64,000 bases of DNA. It comes from Selaginella moellendorffii. Its lineage: Eukaryota > Plantae > Lycopodiophyta. The first letter of the stretch is position 1, and each line of letters begins with the position of its first letter. The stretch covers positions 248,001 to 312,000 of the forward strand of contig NW_003314377.1 in the NCBI RefSeq assembly GCF_000143415.4, read 5' to 3'. Positions 35,456 through 48,300 of this stretch are shown here, piece after piece. A program made the translations under genes and the position numbers. Under the pieces are notes generated by a model. The model saw only the letters and a program-made list of their open reading frames with translations, had not been told where the DNA came from and did no database searches.

Positions 35456-36927
35456 CTTGCGAGCTTGGAAAAGACTGATGGAGCTATATGAGGGAGGGGC
35501 AGGCATTTTATAGCCGGAGGAGGGGAGGCGAGGTCCTTTGGATGACTTCGTCGTGAATCGTGCACGATTTTAGGTACACGGTCTTCTCTTCCCTTCTATT
35601 TCATTTTTTACTCTTGCTGTCCGCGTAACACAATCTGATTTGTTTGCTGCCAAGTCGTCTCGGAAGTTTTCTTTTACCGGGCTTGTCTAGAGCCGTCAAA
35701 ATCATCTTTTATGTGTGTAGATGATGACGACCTTGGTTTTGATGGTAAGAACCGGTCTCAGTGAAACTCGAGTTTTACACGGTCTTAAAAACTTGACACT
35801 AAATTGCTTTATTCTTCTACCAGAGACTTTTTATGTGTGGAGTTTTAACGGAATTATTATGGATTGTGTAGGTCCATTGCTGATACAAATAAACTATGGG
35901 TATATCGACCAAAGGTACGTCTATGTAGGTTATCAATTTTGCAGACAACTGTGTAGAAGGATAGTTGCTCACATAGTCATGAGACATACATAGTCTTAGT
36001 CATTGTGATTATTGCTTGCATCATTGTCATGGGCAAAATAGAATGTTTATTGCTGCCACTTTATTAATCAGTTTAATACAATAAACTTATGATATTAAAG
36101 AGTTTTATAATTTGTCCCACCATTGCAGCATCCAGTTGGGGTGGTGGGAGTGAACTGAGAAAATACTCCTGTGCTGCTGTGTGAGCATGTCAATCAGTCA
36201 GCTGACCTCAGTATCAGTGGTCGTGGGCAGTGCATTCTAAAGCTCTTGGACTTGTTGGGCAAAGTCGGGCACCCATGCTGGCATGACTTGGTCGTGACCA
36301 CATTGAGTTCTGGTTGTTGATAGGAGTGTTGTAAGTAGCATATGCATCCTAGTCAGACATGAGGCGGTCAAGAACTCTTGGAATTCCCTGCCATTGCAAA
36401 GAAACAAAGAAAAAATATCAATGGCTAACTTTCATTCACCATTTTGTCAAGGAAAAATCTAAACAATACACCACATTATTAAAGAATAGTTTGGCTGACC
36501 AAGATGTAATTGTTTGTACTACTCCTGTTCCATTTGGTGCCCAATTGTGTAGTGCTGTTAACAATGTAGAGTTGGGAGGCGCCATTAGTCATGTGGATGT
36601 CCTCCGGTGCTGCCTGGTTCGAGGAGCCCTTCCGCTGTTGTTAGTTGAGCCTGCGAAGTCCGTTGCAATGTTAAAAACGTTTAATTGCCCAGCCAGCCTC
36701 ACTGGTTTGATCGGTCAGTGTATAGTTTTATCTTAAGAGTAACATTCCACGAACTAGAGAGTAGAATTTAGCTGCTCAACCAAAGTCCCACCCATATCCA
36801 TAACCCATGCCTTGTCCACCAGTGGAATCAACTCTCTGCGAGGAAAGAAAATAAGATCCAAGCACTAATCACGCAAGTTTACCGCAGATCATGGCTCACA
36901 ACGAGCAACGTCCTCTCCTTCTTTAAG

Positions 36928-38177
36928 TACGCAAGGTAAGAATGTAGCTTGGAATTTTTGGTGAGGTGTTGCTGATCTCTCTATCTCTTGAAGCGCCCGA
37001 AGAGACAACGCATGTTACTTTCGATGAATCGGCTGTTTCCCTCCCACAACCGGCCAAGACACACAACTCGGCTTGCAAAAATGGCGAAGAGGTTTGCAAA
37101 TTTTTCTTTCCTTCTCTATATACTGAAGTCTCAAGCTTGCAGGGGTGCCAGAATGCTGAAACGGATTCTACCAGCCAGTGAGCTTGTTTACGTTTCACGT
37201 GGCTATTGGTGAAATTCATCGTGTTCTTGCTTTTAAGGTTGCTTCGACTCGACTATGCTGCCGCGACGCGTCCCCATCCTGAGAAGGTGCAAAGCTTACT
37301 TGCTAATTTTTGTAGATCTTCTAAACTTTGCTGTTTACAGGCTCAAAGAGGGGGTGAAGATGCCTTCGTCACTGAAGGCTCCTGGATGGGTGTTGCTGAT
37401 GGTGTTGGGGGCTAGGGCGGAGAAGGTAAGACAAATCTTTCTTTGAGTCTGTTTTTTCAAAAGAGTTTTTACTGGTTTTCAGGCATTGATTCGGGGATGT
37501 ATTCTCGGGAGCTTATGGGACACTGTAAGGCATTGGTTGTAAACAGCAAAGGGAAACCGGACCCCAAGGACGTGCTTGTCAAAGCCGCCAGCAGTACAAA
37601 GGCCCAGGGATCAGCAACGGTCCTTGTGGCTGCATTGTTTGAGCAAGTAAGCTAGTCTGATTTGATGTTTGAGGCTGAGTCGGGTCATATGTTTCAGACA
37701 CTGTATGCAGCAAACTTGGGAGACTCGGGGTTTATCATAGTTCGCAATTGGCAAGTAGTTGCAAGCTCGGAGCCCATGCAGCATAGTTTTAACTTTCCGT
37801 TTCAAGTTGGAACATTTGGTGACCACATCCGACGGTTGCAGAGGTACTCTTGCTTTTCCCTTAAGTTCGCTAATTTTCCGTCTACAGGAATTCAAGATCC
37901 CTGTCTGCAAGGGGGACATCATTGTTATGGGAACTGATGGCCTTTTTGACAATCTCTTCAACAACGACATAGTCGAAGTTCTTAAAAAATCTGACCAAGT
38001 CAACTTGAAGGTGAACTCTCGCTGTTGAAGAATCTCAAGATTGCTAATATTCCCTTCACTTTACAGGCATGTAGCTGGGGCGTAGGCCGAGCGTTTGGAC
38101 AGCCCGTTTTCTAGGGGGGCTGCAAAGGCGAGACTGAATTGGAGCGGTGGAAAGCTGTTGTGGCGTTTGTGACGTGA
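36928..38177 (+). pseudogene. PP2C pseudogene copy 3
   Basis: 5'-truncated; GGW codon TGG changed to TAG at 37413-37415; frameshifting deletions in the last exon. Confidence 0.9.
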
Positions 38178-39174
38178 TATTTGAGTCGCGAAGGGTAAAC
38201 TTTTCAAGCAGTTTTTATGACACCCTTTTGATTTTATTCAAACGGCTCATCTTTGTGTCTTTGGTGTCTAGCCTTCATTAGAAACTGGTTTAAATCGCAG
38301 GTAGCTGCTGCTGAATCTTCCTTTAAGAAATCAAGGTTTTGTTCCATCAGAAGGTTCACAGCCTGGAAGTTCTAGCCTCACTGGAGATTGAACTCCGGAC
38401 AGGGCAGGTATCTCTTCTGTTTAGAGGGAACTGCTCAGGGTGTTAGACATGTCAGGGAATCAGTTCAGCTGGACGATCACGAGCCGGCAACATGATCTCT
38501 GGCTCGTCCTTCTCGGGGGTACATGGAGCTGCTAGGCCTTTGGCGCGATGGGATCTTTCGCGACTGCGTGGCTCTCCAGGAGCTCTTCAACAATCTCACT
38601 CCCCCGTCCAGCAGCAAACTCCGGAATGTCATTCTCGGCTCTACATCTCTCAGCCATCCAAATGGGTGTGCGGGCTTGGAAGTGCTCGAACAACGTTTCG
38701 GAGGAGCTCGTGTGGGCCCTATCATGTCTCTCAGCTTGGGCAGACTCTTTGAGTTTGCTCGGATCTCTTGGAGAACCAGTTGAAGGCGATGGTTCTGAAG
38801 GACTAAGTGGTGGAAACCCTGCTACGGTCGGATAGCAACAAAGAGCTCACGGAGAACAGCTTGAAGGACAGCTCCAGGCGAGCTCGTGTGGAGGATCCTT
38901 GGATACCGCTCTTGTCCCAGTACCGTGAGACTCCACCAGAAAGATGGTGAGCGACGAAGCCAATTGGCTGGAGCCGTGACTCCTTTCTTCGTCTCGAGTA
39001 TTTGGTCGCGTGTCCCGTCCACATGGTAAGCCACGGAATTGTTTCTTAGTTGCTCAAATCTTAATTCTTTCTGATCTCCAGGTTGGTAATCACCATCACC
39101 AACTAAGAGGAATTTTTTGCATTGAGGCTTTCCAGTTTGGTAGGCGACGAAGAAAAACTTTCCAGGATCGGAGC

Positions 39175-40629
39175 ATGAAAACTTACAGCCCGAGCTTGCT
39201 GTTCTTCGTGCTCCTCTTCTCCGCTGCGGCACTGATACTCGTATGGATTCTCGACATAAATTCCGACTCCGCGATGATGTCCTGGAGCCGAACTCTGGGA
39301 TCAAACTTCCGCATCAGCAACAACACCACAAGCTACAACGGCAGGGACACTTGCAGGAGTAGGAAGGAGTACGACTTCTACAGCCGCCGAAGATCGACGA
39401 GCTTCGAGCCATCCGAGTCGCTCCAACGGAAAATCCTAGAGTACGAGGCTTTGCACGGGAGGTGCGCTCCGGGGCCCGAGCAGTGCGCGAACTATAGTAC
39501 ATGCGGCTACCTCGTCTACGTTCCCGCCAACCAGGGGATCGGCAACAAGATGGTGGCTATAGTAGCAACGTTTCTCTACGCGCTGCTCACCGACAGGACG
39601 ATGCTGATCGCGAGGTTGGAGAACCTGGACACGCTCTTCTGCGAGCCGTTTCCACCCAGCTCCTGGCTGCTGCCATCGAGCTGGAAGCACCTCGAGTTGG
39701 CGCCGTGGGACGCCTCCAAGTGGATTGGAAGCCTGGCGGGATCGCCCAACTGCAGCCGCGGCGTCGACGTGAGCTTCCCCGAGGTGGTGGTGACCTATCT
39801 CGATTACAACTACAGGGACCAGGACAAGGCCTTCTTCTGCCAAGGTTAACAGCAAGCTCTCAACTCCAGAGCCTGGTGGATCGTCCTCTCCTCCGGCCAG
39901 TACTTCACTCCGGCGCTCTACAACGTCCCGGCTTTCAGGGAGCAAGCTCGAGGAATGGTTCCCACAGCAGGAGGCCATCTTCCATCTCCTGGTGAGGTAC
40001 CTGTTGCTTCCCAGTGACTTCGTGTGGGACAAGGCGGCCAGGTACTACGACGCGTACGTGGCCCAGGCAGGCCGAGCTTCTAGTCGGGGTCCAGCTGCGA
40101 AACCACATCTGGTTCTCGCCACCCAACCTCGCCGAGGATACATTCGACTGCCTGGTGCAAGGCGCGCTCACAAACACCACCCAAGGAGCGAGCTCCCAGA
40201 TCGTCGGTGAGGAAGAACAGCAAGAAGGTGGCGGTGCTGGTGGTGTCGCTCAACTCGCAGTACTCGGAGACGCTCAAGAGCAAGGTGCTGGGATACGATC
40301 TAGCGGACGGCTCCTCGGTGTCCATCCACCAGCCGAGCGTGGAGGGCGTGCAAAACACGGGGAACTTGGATCACGACGCACAGGCGGTGATGGAGATCTA
40401 CTTGCTGTCGATGAGCGATGTCCTGGTGACGAGCCCGCCATCCACGTTTGGCTACTCGGCGGCGGGGCTGGCGGGGGTGAGGCCCGTGCAGTTCGTGTGC
40501 GACCAGAACAAGAGCGTGGTTTGCTCGGTGAGGGAGACGATGGAGCCGTGCTACCACGTTTATCCGGCTCAGTTCGCGCTGGACAACATTGAAACGTGCG
40601 AATGCGGCGTGGGTTTCAGACTAGTCTAA
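39175..40629 (+). pseudogene. GT37 fucosyltransferase pseudogene copy 3
   Basis: Premature TAA at 39847-39849 followed by several frameshifts. Confidence 0.9.
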
Positions 40630-41094
40630 AGGACGTTCTTAGAAAGGATGTTGTCTTAAAAAGTTCTTAAAGCTTTAAGATTTTATTTTCTTTCTCGTGA
40701 TAGATTTCTAAGTTGCTCCTTGGCTGCAAAATCTAGCGTCATTTGTAGACTTGCGTGGTCAGGTCATGCTCTTGGCCCACGCAAAGTTGCGCCAAGGCTG
40801 CCTTGAAATCCAGGTAATTTGGTACCAAGAGCTTATAGACTTCAAATGGCGAGCTGTCTTTTCTGCAGGACTTTGAAAAGCTGCTCGTAGAGTGTTCTGG
40901 CTTGGAAGCTAACGAGTCTTGTTTTCACAAATGGCACGCGCAAAGGACTTGACTGTTTACCAAGCCCGGTGGAGAACTTTTTGTGTGAATATAAGACACT
41001 GGAGGCCCATTGGATCCAATCGTATCGGAGCAAGCACAGCTCTTGGTTCTTATACAACGATATCATCACTACGTTTAGTGCTTTTGTGGCTGGA

Positions 41095-41331
41095 ATGGAT
41101 CGTGGAAGGATACTTCTTGCCATCACATTGGTGATCATGATCAGCGGCAACATCGATTGTTCCAGGCCGGGCTCGTTTTCGGTGATGAGCCAGCAGGCCG
41201 AGCTTTTCAATTTCGAATTGCGCCTTCCTGTTGTACACACTCTTCTCGAAAGGACCTCCCGGAGAATGCTCATCAAGGATCAGCCCACGCCACCCTCCGG
41301 CCCTTCCGAGGACAACCACGATCATCATTGA
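41095..41331 (+). CDS. Small secreted SGPS peptide precursor copy 3 (78 aa)
   Basis: In-frame 9-bp deletion; ends RRMLIKDQPTPPSGPSEDNHDHH; TATA mutated to TATAAGA. Confidence 0.68.
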   Translation: MDRGRILLAITLVIMISGNIDCSRPGSFSVMSQQAELFNFELRLPVVHTLLERTSRRMLIKDQPTPPSGPSEDNHDHH

Positions 41332-43223
41332 AGAGGCGGACAGCCACGTGGCTGACACGTCACGCAAGGAGACACGTCAGGCTCTTTCCATCTGGCGGCG
41401 AATTCTCCTCCAAATCCTCCACCTCCACTTCTTTTCCCATTCTTCCCCACCTCCGCTCCCTCCCATTACAGTCACACACCCAGCATGCGTCCAGGAGGCG
41501 CTTGTCTCACCAAGGTGAGGGGAATGATAAAGGCAACTTTCCATTTTTCCCTGTCAACTTCAAGAGACTTGAGAGCCGCTTGGAATTCCCAGAAGTTCAA
41601 AGTCTCCACAAGACTTTCAGGGATGTCGTGTACAGCTGCGAGCAATCAGCCGTGGTGGTGGCTTGCCCTTGTTCTGGCGAGAAGATCTGCAAAGAGGAGC
41701 GGCTGCAGTGAGTCTTGAAGATTCGCAGGTCGTTCGGATTGGGCATTGGGCAGCACTGGCAAAGGTAGATTTTCTCCCACTTGACGTGATGGAGTCTCAT
41801 TGGAATGCACGTCTGGTGAGATGATCAGCGCCTTGGAGACAGGATTGTAGACCTTGTAAGCCTTGTGTTCAATGCCATAGCCTAGGAAAATGCCTCGTTC
41901 GCTTGTTGGAGTGAGTTTTTTTTCTAGTTATAGAGGGGATATGAACGCCATGGAAGGTGCGCTAATCCATTCGAATTCCACTTTGTGCAAGAACCCTTGA
42001 CAATCCTGGACCTCAACATTGGCAAGCACTTAAACGCGTCTTTTGGTACTTCCGAGATACGTTTTCTTACGGTCTTAAGGCCACGAGTCAAGCTTACTGG
42101 GCTGGCTTTGGCTAAATTGTTTAGCCTTCACAATGCAGTTAGCAGCAAGAAGAAGAGCGTCGTTGCCTGCTCCAGCTGTGAGGCGGAGGCTAGTTCCGCA
42201 TGCAAAGAGGCCATCTGGCTTCGCCGCCTCCTCAACGACACCCGGCCCAACACCAATCTACAGTGACAATCAAGGCTACATCGCCTCGAGCAAACATCAC
42301 AAGATTAATTCCCGGACCAAACACGCACCACGCTGGGAGACACGTCCAGTTCTTTCCATGTTCTTGTGATTCCAATCTCGATAATGCAATCTTAATTGAA
42401 CATCACAACAGCCTGGAAATCGAGTCCGCTGCTTCATCCCACCAAACAATCTGATCTCATGCACAGCATGAAACGAACATTCTCTGTGCCTCTCCTGATA
42501 GAACCATACAGAACCTTCTCATGTCCAGCCACTTGATTATTCTATGCAGCACACTCAAATACGTCCAGGTAAATCTCGAAATCCTCTCAAAGTAGGCTAA
42601 AGGAGATACTTTGTCATCTTGCCAAAAGCCCCTTCTAACACATGCTTGAGGGTTAGAGAGGGCTTGGGAAGGTGTAGTTTTGGTCTTTCCCTTGAAAGAT
42701 CATGGACCTCACTTCACTACAGTGTCACCTTTAGCCCATTACAATGCTGCATAAAGGGATCACTGCGTTTGCTCATTGTGGCGAGGGCGAGAAAGTCCTC
42801 GATGGGAGCGTGGAAGGTGACACTCCGGCCTGCGCCTACATCAGCTCCGTGAATCGCAACCAGGATTTCTTTCTTCTCGTGACAGGGGATTTTAGGATCG
42901 CGCCAGGCAGGGTCTGCATGATCGATATCTTCGGCCGTGGCAGGCAACTGGAGAATGCCGAGGAATTGCTGCGTGCCATGCCGTTTGTGCCGGATGCTCT
43001 GGTTTGTAGGGTTTTGGTGGCATCTTGCCGATCGCATTACGATATATTTCGGGCATTGGATCGACGTATGTCCTGGCAAATCGCTCCAGGAGCGTGTTTA
43101 AAATGGAAATTGGCGGAAAGCGATGTGTTTGTTTTTTATTCTATCTAGCTGTGCTTACGAAAGTTTCCGAAAGGTAAGAGCTGTAACTTAGTCAAGTCAG
43201 CCTCGCAACCTTTGGAGAAACTT

Positions 43224-43889
43224 TCAAGTCATGCCGATGAGCTCTCTCAACTTCTGGATGAGACCACGGTCGTCAATCTGGAACGCTTTCGCGATCACGT
43301 CGTCATTGATTGGAGGATTGGAATCAAACACCGCCTTGGCCACCTGAGTTGCCCCGGGGTTTTGGCTGTTGAAGCCAGCCATCGCAACCGCAGGCTCCTT
43401 TCCAACGTTGAGCTGGAAGTGGACGAGTCCCCGAGGGAAGACGAACAGATCTCCAGGATAGAGCATTTGGGCGAAGAGCTTGTTGTCCGGCAAGGTGGTG
43501 ACGAATCCGACTAAGAGGTGCCCGTGCACGAGGAAGAGCAGCTCGGATCCTCGGGGATGGACGTGGGGGGGATTGGTGCCGCCGGGAGCATAGTCGACGC
43601 GGGCAAAAGCTACACCAAAGGTGTTGAGACCGGGGAAATTGTTGACACTCGCCAGCGTGACGTTGGAGCCGAGCTTGTTGTCGGTGTTCCCGGGAGTCGC
43701 CAGCAGGCTCGACTTGAAGTCCTCGGCTTTCACATCGGCGGCCGCCTTGCAGACGACGCCGTTCACTTTGATCTTGGAGCCATTGTCTGCAACGCAAAAG
43801 TCCTGCAGCATATCTTCATCCGCGGCATGCACAAACAAGATGGAGCTGATTGCTAGGAGGAAGGATAGAACAAAACGAAGATGAGCCAT
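43224..43889 (-). CDS. Germin-like protein copy 3
   Basis: Intact; germin boxes A, B and C present. Confidence 0.97.
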   Translation of the reverse strand: MAHLRFVLSFLLAISSILFVHAADEDMLQDFCVADNGSKIKVNGVVCKAAADVKAEDFKSSLLATPGNTDNKLGSNVTLASVNNFPGLNTFGVAFARVDYAPGGTNPPHVHPRGSELLFLVHGHLLVGFVTTLPDNKLFAQMLYPGDLFVFPRGLVHFQLNVGKEPAVAMAGFNSQNPGATQVAKAVFDSNPPINDDVIAKAFQIDDRGLIQKLRELIGMT

Positions 43890-45358
43890 CTTGCGAGCTT
43901 GGAAAAGACTGATGGAGCTATATGAGGGAGGGGCAGGCATTTTATAGCCGGAGGAGGGGAGGCGAGGTCCTTTGGATGACTTCGTCGTGAATCGTGCACG
44001 ATTTTAGCTACATGGTCTTCTGTTCCCTTCTGTTTCATTTTTTTACTCTTGCTGTCCGCGTAACAACAATCTGATTTGTTTGCTGCCAAGTCGTCTCGGA
44101 AGTTTTCTTTTACCGGGCTTGTCTAGAGCCGTCAAAATCATCTTTTCTGTGTGTAGATGATGACGACCTTGGTTTTGATGGTAAGAACTGGTCTCAGTGA
44201 AACTCGAGTTTTACACGGTCTTGGTAAAAACTTGACACTAAATTGCTTGGCACCAGAGTTTTAACGGAATTATTATGGATTGTGTAGGTCCATTGCTGAT
44301 ACAAATAAACCATGGGTATATCGACCAAAGGTACGTCTATGTAGGTTATCAATTTTGCAGACAACTGTGTTGTTAGAAGGATGGTTGCTCACATAGTCAT
44401 GAGACATACATAGTCTTAGTCATTGTGATTATTGCTTGCATCATTGTCATGGGCAAAATAGAATGTTTATTGCTGCCACTTTATTAATCAGTTTAATGAA
44501 ATAAACTTATGATATTAAAAAGTTTTATAATTTGTCCCACCAGTGCAATCTAGGAAAGCATCCAGTTGGGGTGGTGGGAGTGAACTGAGAGATACTCCTG
44601 TGCTGCTGTGTGAGCATGTCAATCAGTCAGCTGACCTCAGTATCAGTGGTCGTGGGCAGTGCATTCTAAAGCTCTTGGACTTGTTGGGCAAAGTCGGGCA
44701 CCCATGCTGGCATGACTTGGTCGTGACCACAGTGAGTTCTGGTTGTTGATAGGAGTGTTGTAAGTAGCATATGCATCCTAGTCAGACATGAGGCGGTCAA
44801 GAACTCTTGGAATTCCCTGCCATTGCAAAGAAACAAAGAAAAAATATCAATGGCTAACTTTCATTCACCATTTTGTCAAGGAAAAATCTAAACAATACAC
44901 CACATTATTAAAGAATAGTTTGGCTGACCAAGATGTAATCGTTTGTACTACTCCTGTTCCATCTATGGTGCCCAATTGTGTAGTGCTGTTAATAATGTAG
45001 AGTTGAGAGGCATTATTAGTCATGTGGATGTCCTCTGCTGCTGCCTGGTTCCAGGAGCCCTTCCGCTGTTGTGAGTTGAGCCTGCAAAGTCCGTTGCAAT
45101 ATTAAAAACGTTTAATTGCCCAGCCAGCCTCACTGGTTTGATCGGTCAGTGTATAGTTTTATCTTAAGAGTAACATTCCACGAACTAGAGAGTAGAATTT
45201 AGCTGCTCAACCAAAGTCCCACCCATATCCATAACCCATGCCTTGTCCACCAGTGGAATCAACTCTCTGCAAGGAAAGAAAATAAGATCCAAGCACTAAT
45301 CACGCAAGTTTACCGCAGATCATGGCTCACAACGAGCAACGTCCTCTCCTTCTTTAAG

Positions 45359-48300
45359 TACACGAGGTAAGAATGTAGCTTGGAATTTTTGGTGAGGTGC
45401 TGCTGATCTCTCTATCTCTTGAAGCGCCCGAAGAGTCAACACATGTTACTTTCGATGAATCGGCTGTTTCCCTCCCACAACCGGCCAAGACACACAGCTC
45501 GGCTTGCAAAAATGACGAAGAGGTTTGCAAATTTTTTTTTCCTTCTCTATATACTGAAGTCTCAAGCTTGCAGGGGTGCCAGAATGCTGAAGCGGATTCT
45601 AACAGCCGGTGAGCTTGTTTACGTTTCGCGTGGTTATTGGTGAAATTCATGGTGTTCTTGCTTTTAAGGTTGCTTTGACTCGACTATGCTGCCGCGATGC
45701 GTCCCCATCCTGAGAAGGTGCAAAGCTTACTTGCTAATTTTTGTAGATCTTCTAAGCTTTGCTGTTTACAGGCTCAAAGAGGGGGTGAAGATGCTTTCAT
45801 CACTGAAGGCTCCTGGATGGGTGTTGCTGATGGTGTTGGGGGCTGGGCCGGAGAAGGTAAGACAAATCTTTCTTTGAGTCTGTTTCTTCAAAAGAGTTTT
45901 TACTGGTTTTCAGGCATTGATTCAGGGATGTATTCTTGGGAGCTTATGGGACATTGTAAGGCATTGGTTGTAAACAGCAAAGGGAAACCGGACCCCAAGG
46001 ACGTGCTTGTCAGTGTGATTTTGTGTATGTGGAATGCCCTGTCAACTTCATTGCTTTGGTATGGTTATGTACATAATGGTATGGGTGTGATGCTTGGCGG
46101 TTGGTGTCTTGGATGAATGACATGTCTTCTTTGCTGACGTGGAGACTTGTCATCACTTGTCTCCACACTCCTTCTCAAGGTTCGCACTGTCAGTCAAAGG
46201 AGTGATTTGAGGAAGAGTTTATGCTTCACTCGAGGCAAGGACTTCGTCAGGATATCAATGACCATTGAGCTGGTCGGACAGAATTCCAGGTTGATTGTTC
46301 CATTGTTGACTTGATCCCGGATGAAATGGAACCTCAACTCAATGTGCTTGGTGTGTGAGTGAAATCTCACATCCCGAGTCAATGCTATTGCTGACATATT
46401 GTCGCAGTAGAGTTTGACTGCTGGAATTTGAATCCCGAGGTGCAGCAATGTCTTAAGCCAGATGGCCTCTTTCGCTGCTGCTGCAGCTGCGATGTATTCA
46501 GATTTGCATGAGAACATCGTAGTGATCTGTTGCCTCCTGGAACACCAACTAACCATGTGATGGTTATACATGAAGACATACCCTGAGGTGGATCTTTTGT
46601 CATCTGGATCTCCTGCCCAGTCTACATCTGTGAATCCCACCAGGCCATTGTCTCCATCTCCTCTTGCATATTTCAGTGTGAATTTCCTTGTGCCACTCAT
46701 ATACCTCATGATCTACTTCACAACGGCCCAATGTGAGGGTGATGGATTGTCCAGGAACTTTGAGACTGCTCCCACACTAAATGTAAGGTCAAGCTTAGTT
46801 GAGACCATCAAGTAGATGAGGCTCCTGACCACTGAATGGTACAGTGTTGTGGTCTCCTCTTCAGGAGTGTCATCAGAGGTTGATGTCAAACTTCTCCAGA
46901 GGTACTCTATGCTTAATGCTAATCCGGTGGCTACTCCTATGGAAGTAGGCTCAAAGTTGTCCAAGGCTTTTATGTCATGGATGTATTTCTCCTAGGGGAG
47001 CTCAAGTACTCCACATTGCTTATCAGTGCAAGTTTCCCAGATCGGTCATCTCAAATCTAGCAGTGAGAGAGGCCTTGATGTGGTGGATGAGTTATATCTG
47101 GTTATTGTATCGTCCACATATAAGGCTAAGAATAGAAATCCTTGGCCATCTCGGTATATGTAGAGATTATTATCAGCCGTGCTACGAGTAAAGCCCAACA
47201 AGGTCAAAAAGCTGTTAATTTTAGTGTACCATGACCTGGGGCTTTGTTTCAGCCCGTAGAGAGCCTTGTGCAAGCGGCAGACTAGATGCTCCTGTCTGGG
47301 ACGTATAAATCCAAGAGGCTGGGCAACATACACCTCCTCCTCAAGATCACCGTTCAGGAATGCAATTCTCACATCAAGTTGATGGAGCTCCAGGTCAAGC
47401 TCAGCTGCAAGACTCATCAAAACACAAATTGTTGTCAGCTTTACAACAAGGCTATAAGTTTCAGAGTAATCAACTCCTTGGATTTGAGAGAAACCACGAG
47501 CTACAAAGCGTGTCTTGTAGCACTCAATGCTGCCATCAGCTCGATATTTCTTCTTGAACAGCCATTTGGCTATGACTGCCTTCTTGTCGGGAGGGAGGGG
47601 AACCAATGTCCAGGTTCCATTCTTGATCAATGAGTCATACTCATCCTGCATGGCTGCTTGCCACTGTGAGGCATCAGGATTGGAGAGAGCAGCTTGGTAG
47701 CCACGAGGTTCAACAATGGAGCTCATGGCCCAATAGAATCCCTTCTTGCGTGGAGCTTGAGCAAGAGATTCTAAAGCTTTGACCGTTGGCTTGCTCACTT
47801 GTCCTGAACGGGTAACAGCTCCAATCTCTTGACGAGGTGGTGGTGTCATGAGAGAATCTGGAGGAGGTGAGCGGGAAGATCCTCCAACTGTTTCTTCACC
47901 AACGAACAGCTCGTCCACAATAGCAGCAAGATTCTGCTCATTGGATGAAGTAGTGTTGCTGCTAGTAGCCACCGAAGTGACTAGAGGAACTGGTAGCAGT
48001 AGAGTTGCTGGAGAAGGCTCATCACCAAGTGGAAGAGATGTTCCTCCTTCTGGAACGAGTAGCCTCTGGATTGCTGGTGTTGGTGGGTGGGTGAGCTCGT
48101 CTTCCAGCACTGGGGTCAAGTCCACCAAGTTAGAACTTGAAGGAATAGTACCTTGAATGTGGCAATAAAGATCTTGCTCATTGAAAGAGACATCTCGGCT
48201 GACCACGAGCTTCTTGAGAGCAAGATTATAGAGGTGATAGGCCTTGGAATGAGCATGATAGCCCACGAAGATGGTCTTCTGGCTCCTAGGATCCAGCTTC

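Larger units (their letters stand above)
24567..36927. repeat. Tandem cassette copy 2 (contains 4.68-kb Copia)
   Basis: Same gene order; junction TTTAAG|TATGTGAGGTAAG. Confidence 0.92.
36928..45358. repeat. Tandem cassette copy 3 (8431 bp, no large insertion; defines the basic unit)
   Basis: Junction-to-junction distance; all modules present. Confidence 0.93.
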